Of a stretch of 64,000 nucleotides of DNA, positions 34,449 to 45,111 are shown piece after piece. The stretch is from a virus (taxonomy: Duplodnaviria; Caudoviricetes), in IMG/VR virus record IMGVR_UViG_2821123053_000004, positions 4,819 through 68,818 of that record. One strand, given 5' to 3'. The translations under genes were made by a program, and so were the position numbers. The notes beneath the pieces were generated by a model that made no database searches, was not told the origin of the DNA, and saw only the letters and a program-made list of their open reading frames with translations. The first letter of the stretch is position 1. Each line of letters starts with the position of its first letter.

Positions 34449-37400
34449 ATGGCGGTCGACAATTCCGATGACCTGATTATCAGCATTTCGACTGACCAGG
34501 CAACGCTTCGCCGTAGCATCAAGCGCATTGAGCAGGATCTCGGCACTCTGGCCGGCTCGGTGAAGAAGCAGTTCGATAACGTCGGCAGGTCGGTCGATAG
34601 TTCCCTCACGACTTCGCTGCAGAACCGCATCAACGCCATGACCGGCGTCGGAGTGCAGGCGGCGAAAGAATGGACCGGTGCGCTTGCGGATCAAGGCAAA
34701 GAGCTTGAGCGCCTTCGCGCTCGCTATTCGCCTCTGTTCAACACGATCAATAATTACAAGTCGGCGGTTGCGGATATCAGGCGTGCTCACGCCGTTGGTG
34801 CGATTTCCGCCAACGAAATGGCCGCCGCGATCTCACGCGAGCGCCAGGCCGCCCTAGCTTCAACGGCAGCGATCAAGGGCCGCAATGCCGCCTTGTCGGA
34901 TACGCCGACACAGAGAAATGCAGGCACAAACGGGTATACCTCAAATATCGCTGCCCAGTTCCAGGATATAGGTGTCACGGCGGCGATGGGTATGTCGCCT
35001 ATCCAGATTGCACTCCAGCAGGGAACGCAGCTATCTGCAGTCTTTGAGCAGATGAAGAGCAACGGCCAGAGTGTCGGTTCCGCTCTGGTCAGCGCGTTCA
35101 CTTCGATCATCAGCCCGATGTCGCTGGTGACACTTGGCGTTATCGCCGGCAGCGTCGCACTTTATCAGTACGTTGCCAGCGCGAGCGAGGTGAAATCGGC
35201 CGACGAGATCCTCAAGGGTCACGCCGAGACAGTCGCACTACTTAAGGACCGATACGGCGAGGCCGCTGAAGGCCTGCGCGAATATGTCAACGAGGGCATG
35301 AGCGGCACGGTTGTCGATATTCGTGACCGGCTTAAAGATGCCCGCGATGCAATTATCGATGCAGCAGGCGCGCGAAGCACCTACTCTACAGAAATAACTC
35401 CGTTCGTCAGCACGACGGATTCGAAGACGGTAAGCGACTACCGCAATGCCTTTATCGATCTTAGAAAGTCGATTCGGGATGGCGAGCCTGACCTACTAAA
35501 GTTCCGCGAGGCGATGGCCCGGATTGCCGACAATCCGGATGTCCCGAAGAAGGTTCGCGAGCTCGCAGAAGAAATGCGAGAGTTCGATCCGGAGGTCGTC
35601 AAAGTCGCTAGATCCATCCCAGGGATGGTCCAGCAGCTAGACCTTATAGAAGGGACGGCCGATCGACAGGCATTGGCCATCGGCCGCCTTTCCAAGGCGC
35701 TACGCGAACTAAACGAGATCGGCGTCGCACCGCTCACTGAAATCGAGAAGGTCGAAAGGGCTTACCAGCAAGCCAGGTCAAACGCATCGACACGCGAAGA
35801 GCGGGATGATGCGGATGCGGCGCGTCGCGCTGCCCTGCGCAGGCTTTATGATGGAAATCCGACGGTTACCAACTCCGACGGTCACACCACCAACGTCCCG
35901 ATACCGGGTCAGAAACCTGTCACGCTCGGCGACAAGCCGGACGCTGAGACGAAGAAAGCCGAAACAGCCTCCCAGCGCGCAGCCAATGCCTATCGAGACC
36001 TCAAGAAGTCGGCCGACGATCGCATCGCTCAGATGCAGATGGAAACGGCGCTGCTCGGCAAGTTCGGTATTGAGGCGGATGCGGCCCGGTTCGCTCTCGA
36101 TCTGCTCCAGCAGTCCGAGGACAAAGGCCGGTCCCTCAGCGACGCCCAACGGAAAGAGCTCGCACAGAAGGTCGAGCTGTACCGGCAATATTCGGAGCAA
36201 CTGGCCAAGGCCAAGCTACAGCAGGATCTGCTAGAGCAGCGTCGATACAACTCGATGACGGCGCAAGACCAGCAGGTCTATACGACGCTGAAGCAGTACG
36301 GACTATCGACGGACCTCAACAGCCAAGAGGCCGGTCAAATCCGGCAGTCACTACGGGATGAAGCGTTTCGCGACGACATCAAGGCGTTTGCGTCTGACTT
36401 CAAGAACAACCTGCTGAACAGCGGCGGTGATATCGGCAAAGCTTTTGCTATGTCGCTCCAGACCGCGCTGATGGATCAGGCATCCAAGATGTGGGACAAC
36501 CTCATCCAGCAGATCTTCGGTGGCGTTTCTGCGCCCCGTAGCTCTGGTGGCGGCATCAGCGCCGTTGGGGCTGCTATCTTTGGCGGCGGCTCCGGTAAGA
36601 GTTCAGGCGGTGCGGTCGATCTGGCTGGCGGCCTTCTCGGCAAGAGCGAGACGGCCAACCGCGGCCAAATCAATTCGTTCCTCAAGGCAGGCGGTGTCGA
36701 CCTCGATGCGGCTCAGCAAGCCTGGTGCGCAGGGTTCGTTAATTCCTCGCTGGCTCAGATCGGCGTGAAGGGTAGTGGCTCAAACGTCGCAAACTCCTTC
36801 CAGAACTGGGGCTCCGCGATCGACCCATCTAAGGTGCTGCGCGGCGATGTCCTTTTGCAAGACAGAGGCCTCGGCGCGGGCGCCACAGGCGGCCATGTTG
36901 GTTTCGCTACCGGCCAAAGCCGAATGACCGACGGCCAGCTGCAGCTGCAGATGCTTTCCGGCAATTCTGGAAACGCTGTCTCAACGACTTGGGTCAATGC
37001 TGCTGAGGTTCAGGCGAAACGTGCCACAGAAGCGGCAAATGCGCTCGGAAGTGTCGCTGACAGTTCGAAGGTTGCCACGCAAGGCCTTGGCCAGCTGGGG
37101 CAGTTGTCGACGAGCTTCTTTCCGTCGGCGCCGTCCGCGCCTAGCGGAGGTGGATTCGGCAGCTTCTTCTCTGGCCTGTTTGGGCCAAGTTTGAGCGCTG
37201 CACAGATCGCCAAATACACGCCGATGGTCGGCCTGTTCGCAGATGGCGGCGATGTCCGCGGTCCTGGGACGGGCACCAGCGACAGCATCCCTGCGATGCT
37301 CTCTGACGGCGAGTTCGTCGTCAACGCTGCGGCCACCCGGAAGCACCGCGCACTACTCCATGCCATCAACGGCGGCCGGGTAGGGCACTTCGCTGCTGGC

Positions 37401-37640
37401 GGCCTTGTTGGAGGTGCGATCGCCGCTCCAGTGGCTCCGAATCTTCGCACAGCAAGGTCGGCGGCCAACAACAACGCTCCCGGCGTGATGGTCATCCATC
37501 TCGACGGTGCGAATGGCGACGATCACGTCATGGCGCTTGCCAAGCAGGCAGTGACCGACGGTCTGGGCCAGTACAACAAGAACCAAGAGCGCGGCGGCTT
37601 CGGCACGGTTCAAGGGCAGTTCACAAAAAGGAAGGGCTGA
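34449..37640 (+). CDS. Tape measure protein with CHAP/NlpC-like insertion
   Basis: 1063 aa helical; AQFQDIGV..ALQQG; AWCAGFVN..GHVGF; FADGG. Confidence 0.92.
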   Translation: MAVDNSDDLIISISTDQATLRRSIKRIEQDLGTLAGSVKKQFDNVGRSVDSSLTTSLQNRINAMTGVGVQAAKEWTGALADQGKELERLRARYSPLFNTINNYKSAVADIRRAHAVGAISANEMAAAISRERQAALASTAAIKGRNAALSDTPTQRNAGTNGYTSNIAAQFQDIGVTAAMGMSPIQIALQQGTQLSAVFEQMKSNGQSVGSALVSAFTSIISPMSLVTLGVIAGSVALYQYVASASEVKSADEILKGHAETVALLKDRYGEAAEGLREYVNEGMSGTVVDIRDRLKDARDAIIDAAGARSTYSTEITPFVSTTDSKTVSDYRNAFIDLRKSIRDGEPDLLKFREAMARIADNPDVPKKVRELAEEMREFDPEVVKVARSIPGMVQQLDLIEGTADRQALAIGRLSKALRELNEIGVAPLTEIEKVERAYQQARSNASTREERDDADAARRAALRRLYDGNPTVTNSDGHTTNVPIPGQKPVTLGDKPDAETKKAETASQRAANAYRDLKKSADDRIAQMQMETALLGKFGIEADAARFALDLLQQSEDKGRSLSDAQRKELAQKVELYRQYSEQLAKAKLQQDLLEQRRYNSMTAQDQQVYTTLKQYGLSTDLNSQEAGQIRQSLRDEAFRDDIKAFASDFKNNLLNSGGDIGKAFAMSLQTALMDQASKMWDNLIQQIFGGVSAPRSSGGGISAVGAAIFGGGSGKSSGGAVDLAGGLLGKSETANRGQINSFLKAGGVDLDAAQQAWCAGFVNSSLAQIGVKGSGSNVANSFQNWGSAIDPSKVLRGDVLLQDRGLGAGATGGHVGFATGQSRMTDGQLQLQMLSGNSGNAVSTTWVNAAEVQAKRATEAANALGSVADSSKVATQGLGQLGQLSTSFFPSAPSAPSGGGFGSFFSGLFGPSLSAAQIAKYTPMVGLFADGGDVRGPGTGTSDSIPAMLSDGEFVVNAAATRKHRALLHAINGGRVGHFAAGGLVGGAIAAPVAPNLRTARSAANNNAPGVMVIHLDGANGDDHVMALAKQAVTDGLGQYNKNQERGGFGTVQGQFTKRKG

Positions 37641-37642
37641 CC

Positions 37643-38359
37643 TTGGCGATTTACACCAACGTGCCGACGCTGGAAGCGAACTTCCTTGCGCCTGTGTCTG
37701 TGTCCGTCGACGTTCTCGGCTCGTCCATCTCGGGCGGCCGGAACGGGCATGGCGAAAGCCAGACGATCGAGATGTCAGGTGGTGGTCTTCTGACCTCCAC
37801 CTACACCGATTGCAAGCTCACCGAGCCGGAGCAATACGAGTACGTCAACAGCCTTGGCGCCCGCCTAAATGGCGGCTTCCGCTACATCAATGTGCCGATC
37901 ATAACCGATTGGTACGGGCCATTCGCCGGGAAGAATCCGATTATCGGCGGCATCCCGCATTCCGATGGTTCACTATTCAGTGACACTTCAGGATACAGCC
38001 AGGCGAGCGTCTATGGCGAGATCACTGCGGCGGCCAGCCTGAATGCCGGCATCATCAAAATGCGTGTATACGGCCTCTCTCGGCCGCTGCGTTGGTCCGA
38101 TTGGTTCTCGATCTATCACGAGACCAAAGGCTGGCGCGCTTATCGCTACTGGGAAGTGCTCGAAGTCACCGCTGAGGCCAATCCGGTCTACACGCTTGCG
38201 CTGTCTCCGCCCCTTCGCGAGGCGGTCACGGTAGGCACTCGGGTCGAGTTCGCCCGGCCACGCTTCGTGGCGAAGTTCAAGGACGGTTTCACGCTGCCCT
38301 CGATCGTCGAGGCGTTCTTCGTGACCCAGCAAACAATCCAGTTTTCCGAAGCATTTTAA
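37643..38359 (+). CDS. Distal tail-like protein
   Basis: Position after TMP; TTG start. Confidence 0.7.
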   Translation: MAIYTNVPTLEANFLAPVSVSVDVLGSSISGGRNGHGESQTIEMSGGGLLTSTYTDCKLTEPEQYEYVNSLGARLNGGFRYINVPIITDWYGPFAGKNPIIGGIPHSDGSLFSDTSGYSQASVYGEITAAASLNAGIIKMRVYGLSRPLRWSDWFSIYHETKGWRAYRYWEVLEVTAEANPVYTLALSPPLREAVTVGTRVEFARPRFVAKFKDGFTLPSIVEAFFVTQQTIQFSEAF

Positions 38360-38366
38360 GCACGAG

Positions 38367-38975
38367 GTGCCTATGGCCTATGTGCCCGACAACGTCGTTG
38401 AGGCGTTGCGCGGAAGCCATCAACTTGGCCTTTTTCTGCGCATCGACACAGATCCGGCGCTGCACATCTGGTTCGGCGTCAATGACGTGCCGATCGGTTT
38501 CGACAGCATCGATCCGGACGGCACGGTTTACCTTGGAGGAGGGCGCCTCATTGGCCTTCCTTCGCTCGAGGTGCTTGTCAACGGGACCTCCGACGCCGTC
38601 GATTTTACGATCAGCGGCGTTGATCCGGCGACCGGCGCCAAGATGCTCGACAGCATTCCGCCGGTTCGCGGCAAAAAGGTTCAGATCGGGCTGACCACGC
38701 TCGATCAGTACCACCAGCCGATGAGCAAGATCATTCCGATCTGGACCGGCGTTGCTTCTCATCCGAAAGAATCCGGATCGTACGGGCAGGGCGACGCAGG
38801 AGCTACGCTGGCTCTAAGCCTTGCCGTGGTCTCCGGCGAGAACACGCGCTCACGGCCGTCCCGGGCATTGTGGTCCGACGCCATGCAGCGATCGCTCTAT
38901 CCGACCGATGCGTTTTGCGACGGCGTTGCGCGCCTTGCTCGTGGCATCCAGCCAAAGTGGCCGGTGTTCAATTGA
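38367..38975 (+). CDS. Tail tip protein
   Basis: Synteny; YLGGGRLIG motif. Confidence 0.7.
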   Translation: MPMAYVPDNVVEALRGSHQLGLFLRIDTDPALHIWFGVNDVPIGFDSIDPDGTVYLGGGRLIGLPSLEVLVNGTSDAVDFTISGVDPATGAKMLDSIPPVRGKKVQIGLTTLDQYHQPMSKIIPIWTGVASHPKESGSYGQGDAGATLALSLAVVSGENTRSRPSRALWSDAMQRSLYPTDAFCDGVARLARGIQPKWPVFN

Positions 38976-39379
38976 CCATTCATGAGTTTTTGGCGCGACC
39001 GCGCGAGTTTCGATGGGGTGGCGTCGATGGCGAAGATTGCATGACCTTCTGCGCGTCATGGATCGCCGAACTGACCGGCGATGACCCTGCGGCTGAATTC
39101 CGCGGCACCTATCACACCGAGTTCGGCGCTGGCCGGCTGATCGCCAGTTACGGCGGCCTTGTGCCTCTGACGGCAAGGCTGGTTGAGCCTCTGGGCTTCA
39201 CACGCACGGCGGACCCGCAACCCGGCGACGTCGGCATCATCAAAGCAATTTCCGAAACCGACCGGCGTGCCGGCGAGATGGCTGCCATCCGCTTTGGGCC
39301 GCTGTGGGCGACGATGTCGCTCGCGGGCGTGCGCGCCAAGAAGGTCGAGTTCGTGGCAGCGTGGAGAGCGCCGGAATGA
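38972..39379 (+). CDS. NlpC/P60-like tail tip protein
   Basis: FRWG..DCMTFCASW..PQPGDVG. Confidence 0.75.
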   Translation: MTIHEFLARPREFRWGGVDGEDCMTFCASWIAELTGDDPAAEFRGTYHTEFGAGRLIASYGGLVPLTARLVEPLGFTRTADPQPGDVGIIKAISETDRRAGEMAAIRFGPLWATMSLAGVRAKKVEFVAAWRAPE

Positions 39380-41970
39380 GGCAATTCGACAGCCTGCCTA
39401 GCATGCTGGAAAACAGCACGGCGCTTTACAGCCAATTCCTAATGGACCCGATCTTTACGCCGCTTTTCACGGCGATCCTCGGGACCGGTGGTTTCACTAT
39501 CGGCGCCACCACAATCACCTATGCGTCGGTCGCGGCCGCCATCGCCACGACGGCCCTATCGATAGGACTGCAGGCGCTCCTCGCGCCGAAGCCTCCCAAG
39601 CCGGAGGACGGGAAGGTGCCGCGAACGCAGGCCGTGCCATATCGGCAGTGGGGCGTGGGCCGGAATCGTGTCGGCGGCGCATTCATGTTGTGGGAGGCGA
39701 AGGGTAAGAACCTCTTCGCCGTGCAGGCGATCGCTGGCCACCGCATCAAGTCTATCAATCGGTACTGGCTGCATGATGACGAAGTGACGTTGCAGCCTGA
39801 TGGGACGATCCAAGAGGGCACCAACTACTCGACACGAGTGAAGATCCTGAGCCGTCTCGGCCTCGTGCCTGAGACCGCCTATGCGCCAATAGTCGAGAAG
39901 CTCTCCGCTGATGGCGTCTGGACGAATGCCCATCGCGGCGACGGTCAGGCGTCCGTTGCCATGATCGCCGAAAGCGTCGGTGCCGAGCGCCAGAACAAGC
40001 GCTTTCCGTACGGCCCACCGCAGTTGTCGGTCGAGGCCGACATGGCGCTGTGTTGGGACTTCCGCGACCCACTGCAGGATCCAGAAGATCCAGATACTTG
40101 GGTCTGGACGAAAAACACAGCGCTCCAGATGTGCTGGCACCAGTGTTTCAACGAATTCGGACATCGCCGTGACTATCGTCGCGCGATCCTTCCCTTGTTG
40201 GAGATGTGGCAGGAAGAGGCCGATATCTGCGATGAGCTTATCCCGCTGAAAGGCGGAGGCTTCGAGCGCCGATATGAATCTAGCGGTTTCGATACTACCG
40301 AAAACGATCCAAAGGCAGCGACAAACGCGCTGCTTGCTGCTTGTGACGGCTGGATCTGCGAGCGCGGCGACGGCGCACTTCAGTTCATCGTCGGAAAGTT
40401 CCGCGAGAAGTACGTCACGACCATCACTGATGCCGATATCACCGGCCATCAGATCGAGTACGACGTTCTCTTCGAGGACGAGTGCAACAGGCTTGTGCCG
40501 AAGTTCACGTATCCTGAGATTGGCTATGCCACATCGGACACGGATTTCTTCGAGGACGTTGACGCGCAGATCACCGCCGGCCGAGTGCTGGCGCAGGACG
40601 CCATCTACCAGTGGGTGCAGCAGTGGCGACAGGCTCGTCGCCTCGGTAAACGAGATTGGCTGAGACTGCAGCAGAAGGTCAGCGGCACGCTCAATCTTCG
40701 GCTTTCAGGCATCAATTCGGTCTACAGCCGATGGGTCCGGATGAACACTCCGCTCTCGCTGCCTCGCCTCAATGGCAAGATTGTTGAGAACCGGAAATCA
40801 CTGCTGTCCTTGATGCAGGGTGCTTTCAGCATGGATATCATGCTGCATCCCGAAAACATCGACGCATGGAACCCTGCTACCGACGAGGGCAAGATGCCGC
40901 CGGTTCCGCCGAAGACGGGCAAGGGCGACGTTGTCGTGCCTGTTATCAATCTGGTGCAGGCAAAGCCGAATGGCGAGAGTGTTTACATCCGGGTCGTCAT
41001 CATCGACCCAGAAGACGATACTCTTGCTCCGGTTGTCAGGTATCGGGTTGCTGACGACGGAAGCGGAAACCCCGGCCAGTGGGTCGAACAGCGCTTTCCG
41101 AATGCAACACCATCGGGCGGATTCATCAACCTCAACACCAATGTCGTGCCGTCCGACAAGCTGCTCGATATTCAGGTGGCCTTTATCGCGTCTGATAATG
41201 ACTACGGCGACTGGTCGGTTACGGCGAACGTGACATCGACGGTCGGCGGTTATGATGCCGACGCCACGGCCATCTTCTCGGCTATGTCGGTTGCGCCGAA
41301 CAACACCCGCAAGCGGCTGATCAACAATCTCGTGGTGGATCTGAAATCTGCCGGCGTCTGGTCGCTGCTGACGAAGATTGTCGTGCCTGCCGCACACTCG
41401 GAGCAAGCTGGCCTACTAAACTGGAAGGCTCCCGGCGGAACGCCATTCGCGAAGGTCGGAACGATCAACTTTTCGGCCGACCTTGGTTTCACCGGAGACG
41501 GCACAAGCGGCCATCTCGACAGTGGGTCGGCATGGACATCTATAGCCAGCCAGGACAATGCCTCTATGTGGGCTTGGTCTCTGACAAACGTGGACGCGAA
41601 CGCCGCGATACTTGGAACGACCACCTCTGGCGGCAATGCCTTCATTATCCCGAGGACGGCTGGAAACTTCAACGTCCGCGCCAACGGGGCTACCGCCACG
41701 ATCGATGCACTGGCCTCCTCGGTCGGCTTCTTTGGTTGGTCCCGCGCATCATCTTCTGCATTTAGTGGCTATCGAAACAAGACGAAGACCGATGTAACGC
41801 AAGCGAGCGCTGCCGCTCCAACCGGCAACATGACGGTTGCTCGGACTGGTGGCGGTTACGCGTCGCAGCAAATCGCCTTTGCGGCCGCAGGATCATCTCT
41901 CACGCAAACACAGCAGAACGCCCTTTACGACGCGGTGCGCGAATATCTACGCGGCGTCGGCGCTCTGTGA
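39376..41970 (+). CDS. Central tail hub/host-specificity protein with extra C-terminal domain
   Basis: Synteny; 864 aa; beta-rich C-terminal ~210 aa. Confidence 0.8.
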   Translation: MRQFDSLPSMLENSTALYSQFLMDPIFTPLFTAILGTGGFTIGATTITYASVAAAIATTALSIGLQALLAPKPPKPEDGKVPRTQAVPYRQWGVGRNRVGGAFMLWEAKGKNLFAVQAIAGHRIKSINRYWLHDDEVTLQPDGTIQEGTNYSTRVKILSRLGLVPETAYAPIVEKLSADGVWTNAHRGDGQASVAMIAESVGAERQNKRFPYGPPQLSVEADMALCWDFRDPLQDPEDPDTWVWTKNTALQMCWHQCFNEFGHRRDYRRAILPLLEMWQEEADICDELIPLKGGGFERRYESSGFDTTENDPKAATNALLAACDGWICERGDGALQFIVGKFREKYVTTITDADITGHQIEYDVLFEDECNRLVPKFTYPEIGYATSDTDFFEDVDAQITAGRVLAQDAIYQWVQQWRQARRLGKRDWLRLQQKVSGTLNLRLSGINSVYSRWVRMNTPLSLPRLNGKIVENRKSLLSLMQGAFSMDIMLHPENIDAWNPATDEGKMPPVPPKTGKGDVVVPVINLVQAKPNGESVYIRVVIIDPEDDTLAPVVRYRVADDGSGNPGQWVEQRFPNATPSGGFINLNTNVVPSDKLLDIQVAFIASDNDYGDWSVTANVTSTVGGYDADATAIFSAMSVAPNNTRKRLINNLVVDLKSAGVWSLLTKIVVPAAHSEQAGLLNWKAPGGTPFAKVGTINFSADLGFTGDGTSGHLDSGSAWTSIASQDNASMWAWSLTNVDANAAILGTTTSGGNAFIIPRTAGNFNVRANGATATIDALASSVGFFGWSRASSSAFSGYRNKTKTDVTQASAAAPTGNMTVARTGGGYASQQIAFAAAGSSLTQTQQNALYDAVREYLRGVGAL

Positions 41971-42003
41971 TTCGATGCCCTCAAACTCTTTGGACGGGGA
42001 AAT

Positions 42004-44808
42004 ATGAGCGACGAAATTAAAGACGCATTCGCGGTAGCCTTCGCTGACGGCCCAGCAACCTCCCCAAGCCCAGTGGACAAGGCTGCCGCGAGGCAGGCTG
42101 GCGCGACAACCCAGCAGCAGTTCGACGGCTTGGCAGATCGCGTTGACGATGTCGAGGATGACCTCTCCGACCTAACGGCCACCGTGACCGCCATCAACAC
42201 TGGTTCCGCCGAAGGGTTGATCGTCGAAACAACGCTCGCGAACCTAAACGCTAGGGCAGCTGCTCTTGGGCTAGGCAGCGGTGATGCGGGCCGAGGCGGG
42301 CGAGTCTACCAGGACGGCAATGCGGCCAACAACGGGGACTATCGCTGGTCCGGTTCTGCTTGGCAGATCATGGGTGCTGGCCGTCTTGGAGCCGCCGAGG
42401 CAAACATTCTCGCTCTCACACGCCGGACGATGCAGCTAACCTGCAACCGAGAGATCATCGTTGACAAGCGAAACATCCTTGGCGGCGGGCCAGCGGTCTA
42501 TGTGCCTGACAGCCTCAAGCTTGTCGTGAATGGCGCTACGCTTGTGAGCAAGACGCTCACCGCCGACCCTAAGATGATCCACTGGGCAAAGATCGCCATC
42601 ACCGATACCGCCGAGCTGCAAACGCTCTACCTCGACATCAACGATGACGCCAATCCGGTTAAGGTGTCGGCAGAGATGCCGGTTGATGCCACCCGATATT
42701 TCCACATCGTTTCGCTCTTTGGCTCGATGCAGGGTTGGGCTGGCACCAACAAGATTATCTCCACCGAGGAGTGGCGGGCGACGTTCATCTCGGATGAGCC
42801 AGTCGTTTTCGATGCGAATGAGGGAAAGATCTATATCCCACAGCTCCGTGGTCTTCGTGGCGGTGGCAGCCTTTCGTGGAACCTTAATCCGCTATCGACC
42901 AATGACCGGTTCCGAGAAGTATCGGTAGCCGTGACTGGCTCGGCCGTTTTCGTTTGGGCAGACGTATATGCTTGCGTAGCCGACAGCCGGGCCGCGAACT
43001 GCATCGTCTCCTCAACCGGCTACACCAATCGGCCGTTCCGTGATGGCTCGGCCCTTGTGCTGCTTGGCGTGGTTTTCTCTCGGCATTTCACCCCAGCGCA
43101 TCCCGACCTGAGGATCGCCAACATCGTTCCCAATCAGTTCGGTGCGGGCCGTGAGGACAATGACCTTGCGGACATCGTATTCGGGGTGTCTGCACCGGCA
43201 TCACTGACAAAGTCGGAGTCGTTGGCGCTAGGCTTCACGCGGGGATATGCAGCAGATACCGGCACCAACGTTTATTACGGAGGCGCTTTCCCGCAGGCCC
43301 GGAATACGGGCTTCCTGTTCTATCGGTTCTTCATCGAGACCGACGTTGCCGGGGAATTCTACTCCCCCAGATGCTTCCAGCAGCGGCGCGCCTCGGACGG
43401 GACGACATCTCTGGAATTCGTTGGCGCCACGCTTGAGAAGCAGCACTCGGCGAACGTCAGGGAGTATTCCGGCTATGTGAGCATCACCGGTAACGATCCG
43501 ATTATCGGAGCGTATTTTGGCACTTCGGGTATGACGCAAAACGGCGTGCGCGTCTTCGGCGTGCAGTTCTGGCTCGGAACCACGATGGATGCGTGGGTCG
43601 GGAAAAAGGACTATCCGAGATCCAGGGATGAGATCGGCAATCGCATTAGGTCTCTCGAAGCCGGTGGCGCCTCAAGCGACCCCCTGGACCCTATCGTCCC
43701 GCCGCGATTCTATGTCCATCCGGACAGGCCGTACCCGATCTACCTCGATCAGATGTTCGGAAAGACGGGGCGTGGTCGATACCGCGCAGTCGTTCAGTCG
43801 CAAAAGGAGAGCTATAAGCCGCTTTATAGCCGTGAGGTGCCCGATGGGACGCTCGTGCTCGATGCTGCTCGACTTGGAACGTCGCTGGACTTTATTCTCC
43901 AGGATGTGACCGTCCGCAACCGCAAGATCATGCGCTCATCGCCTGTGCGAGTTCTTTCGCCCTCGGCCATCGACGCCCTTTCGCTGCGGGCACTGTTCCT
44001 CGGCGACTCGATCACAGACTGGAATGGCACAGCCGTCCAAGCCGTCCGACGACTGCAGGACATGGGCGTGACTATGACGACGATCGGCACGCTTAGCCAG
44101 TCGTCCGTTGTTTCTGGGGACGGGACTATCCAGGGAGAAGGCCGCACGAGTCGCCGCATGGCAGACTTCTATGGTCTGACGTTAGAGCGCATGGCCTTCC
44201 TGCCGTCCGGCAATGAGGCGGCATACCTCGCCATGGATGAGACCGCCAAGCGTGGTTACAACCCATTTTTGAAGGGGGCTAACGGCGACGACCTCGCCAG
44301 CCGTCCGGAGATGATCTTCAACGGCAACATCTTCGACATGCGGTATTATCTCACGCGCTTCAGCCTGGCCGATCCGGATGTCGTGGTGATCAATCTGGCG
44401 ACGAACGACTTCAACAACGAAACGGCGGAAGTCGCTGCCCAGCACGTTGCGACAGGCCTCAACATCATCGTCAAGCAAACTCGGCGGGCTCTGCCAAATG
44501 CCAAGATCATGCTCGCCTACAACAGCCGCGGCTACCCAGCCAACGACAGTGTATGGGAAGGTGGGTTCCGGGCGTGCCTGTTGGAATATCTGAAGTTCGT
44601 CGTCACCACGACCGACGATAAGGTATTTTTCGTGCCCGGGTATTGCACGGTGAACCGCCTTGCGAGCTTCAACTACTCATTGACGGCGGATCCGAATACC
44701 GGCTTGTCGGCGGGGTCCATCACCGATGCGACCCATTATATTGAAGCTGGCGTGCGGGAGTTCGGTGAAGTGCTCGCCCAGTTCATTGCAGGGGCGGCGA
44801 CTGAGTGA
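42004..44808 (+). CDS. Tail spike/fibre with C-terminal SGNH hydrolase
   Basis: FLGDSIT, GEG, INLATND, DATH. Confidence 0.85.
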   Translation: MSDEIKDAFAVAFADGPATSPSPVDKAAARQAGATTQQQFDGLADRVDDVEDDLSDLTATVTAINTGSAEGLIVETTLANLNARAAALGLGSGDAGRGGRVYQDGNAANNGDYRWSGSAWQIMGAGRLGAAEANILALTRRTMQLTCNREIIVDKRNILGGGPAVYVPDSLKLVVNGATLVSKTLTADPKMIHWAKIAITDTAELQTLYLDINDDANPVKVSAEMPVDATRYFHIVSLFGSMQGWAGTNKIISTEEWRATFISDEPVVFDANEGKIYIPQLRGLRGGGSLSWNLNPLSTNDRFREVSVAVTGSAVFVWADVYACVADSRAANCIVSSTGYTNRPFRDGSALVLLGVVFSRHFTPAHPDLRIANIVPNQFGAGREDNDLADIVFGVSAPASLTKSESLALGFTRGYAADTGTNVYYGGAFPQARNTGFLFYRFFIETDVAGEFYSPRCFQQRRASDGTTSLEFVGATLEKQHSANVREYSGYVSITGNDPIIGAYFGTSGMTQNGVRVFGVQFWLGTTMDAWVGKKDYPRSRDEIGNRIRSLEAGGASSDPLDPIVPPRFYVHPDRPYPIYLDQMFGKTGRGRYRAVVQSQKESYKPLYSREVPDGTLVLDAARLGTSLDFILQDVTVRNRKIMRSSPVRVLSPSAIDALSLRALFLGDSITDWNGTAVQAVRRLQDMGVTMTTIGTLSQSSVVSGDGTIQGEGRTSRRMADFYGLTLERMAFLPSGNEAAYLAMDETAKRGYNPFLKGANGDDLASRPEMIFNGNIFDMRYYLTRFSLADPDVVVINLATNDFNNETAEVAAQHVATGLNIIVKQTRRALPNAKIMLAYNSRGYPANDSVWEGGFRACLLEYLKFVVTTTDDKVFFVPGYCTVNRLASFNYSLTADPNTGLSAGSITDATHYIEAGVREFGEVLAQFIAGAATE

Positions 44809-44988
44809 CTAGATCGGATACTCGTTGTCCTTCGCAATAGCTTCTGCAATCGTGTCGGCTATCTCTTTTCGGATAGCCGACACAACATCTTGTAGTGCTG
44901 CCTTCCTGACAAACTCGTAATCCACACGATCGGAAGCCATTGCATAAGCTTCCCCGAAGGCTTTCATCTTCTCTTCTAGGCGGTCCAT
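44809..44988 (-). CDS. Small hypothetical protein (59 aa)
   Basis: SD GAGGG before MDRLEEK. Confidence 0.5.
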   Translation of the reverse strand: MDRLEEKMKAFGEAYAMASDRVDYEFVRKAALQDVVSAIRKEIADTIAEAIAKDNEYPI

Positions 44989-45111
44989 GCTTCCCTCGCT
45001 GTGTTTTCGCCGGAAAATGCTTTGCGAGCCTCGTCTGGTCAATAGGTGAATTGCCATTGTTGCCTTTTGGCAAACCTCCCGATATCCGGGAAGTGACTTG
45101 CGAGGTATGCG

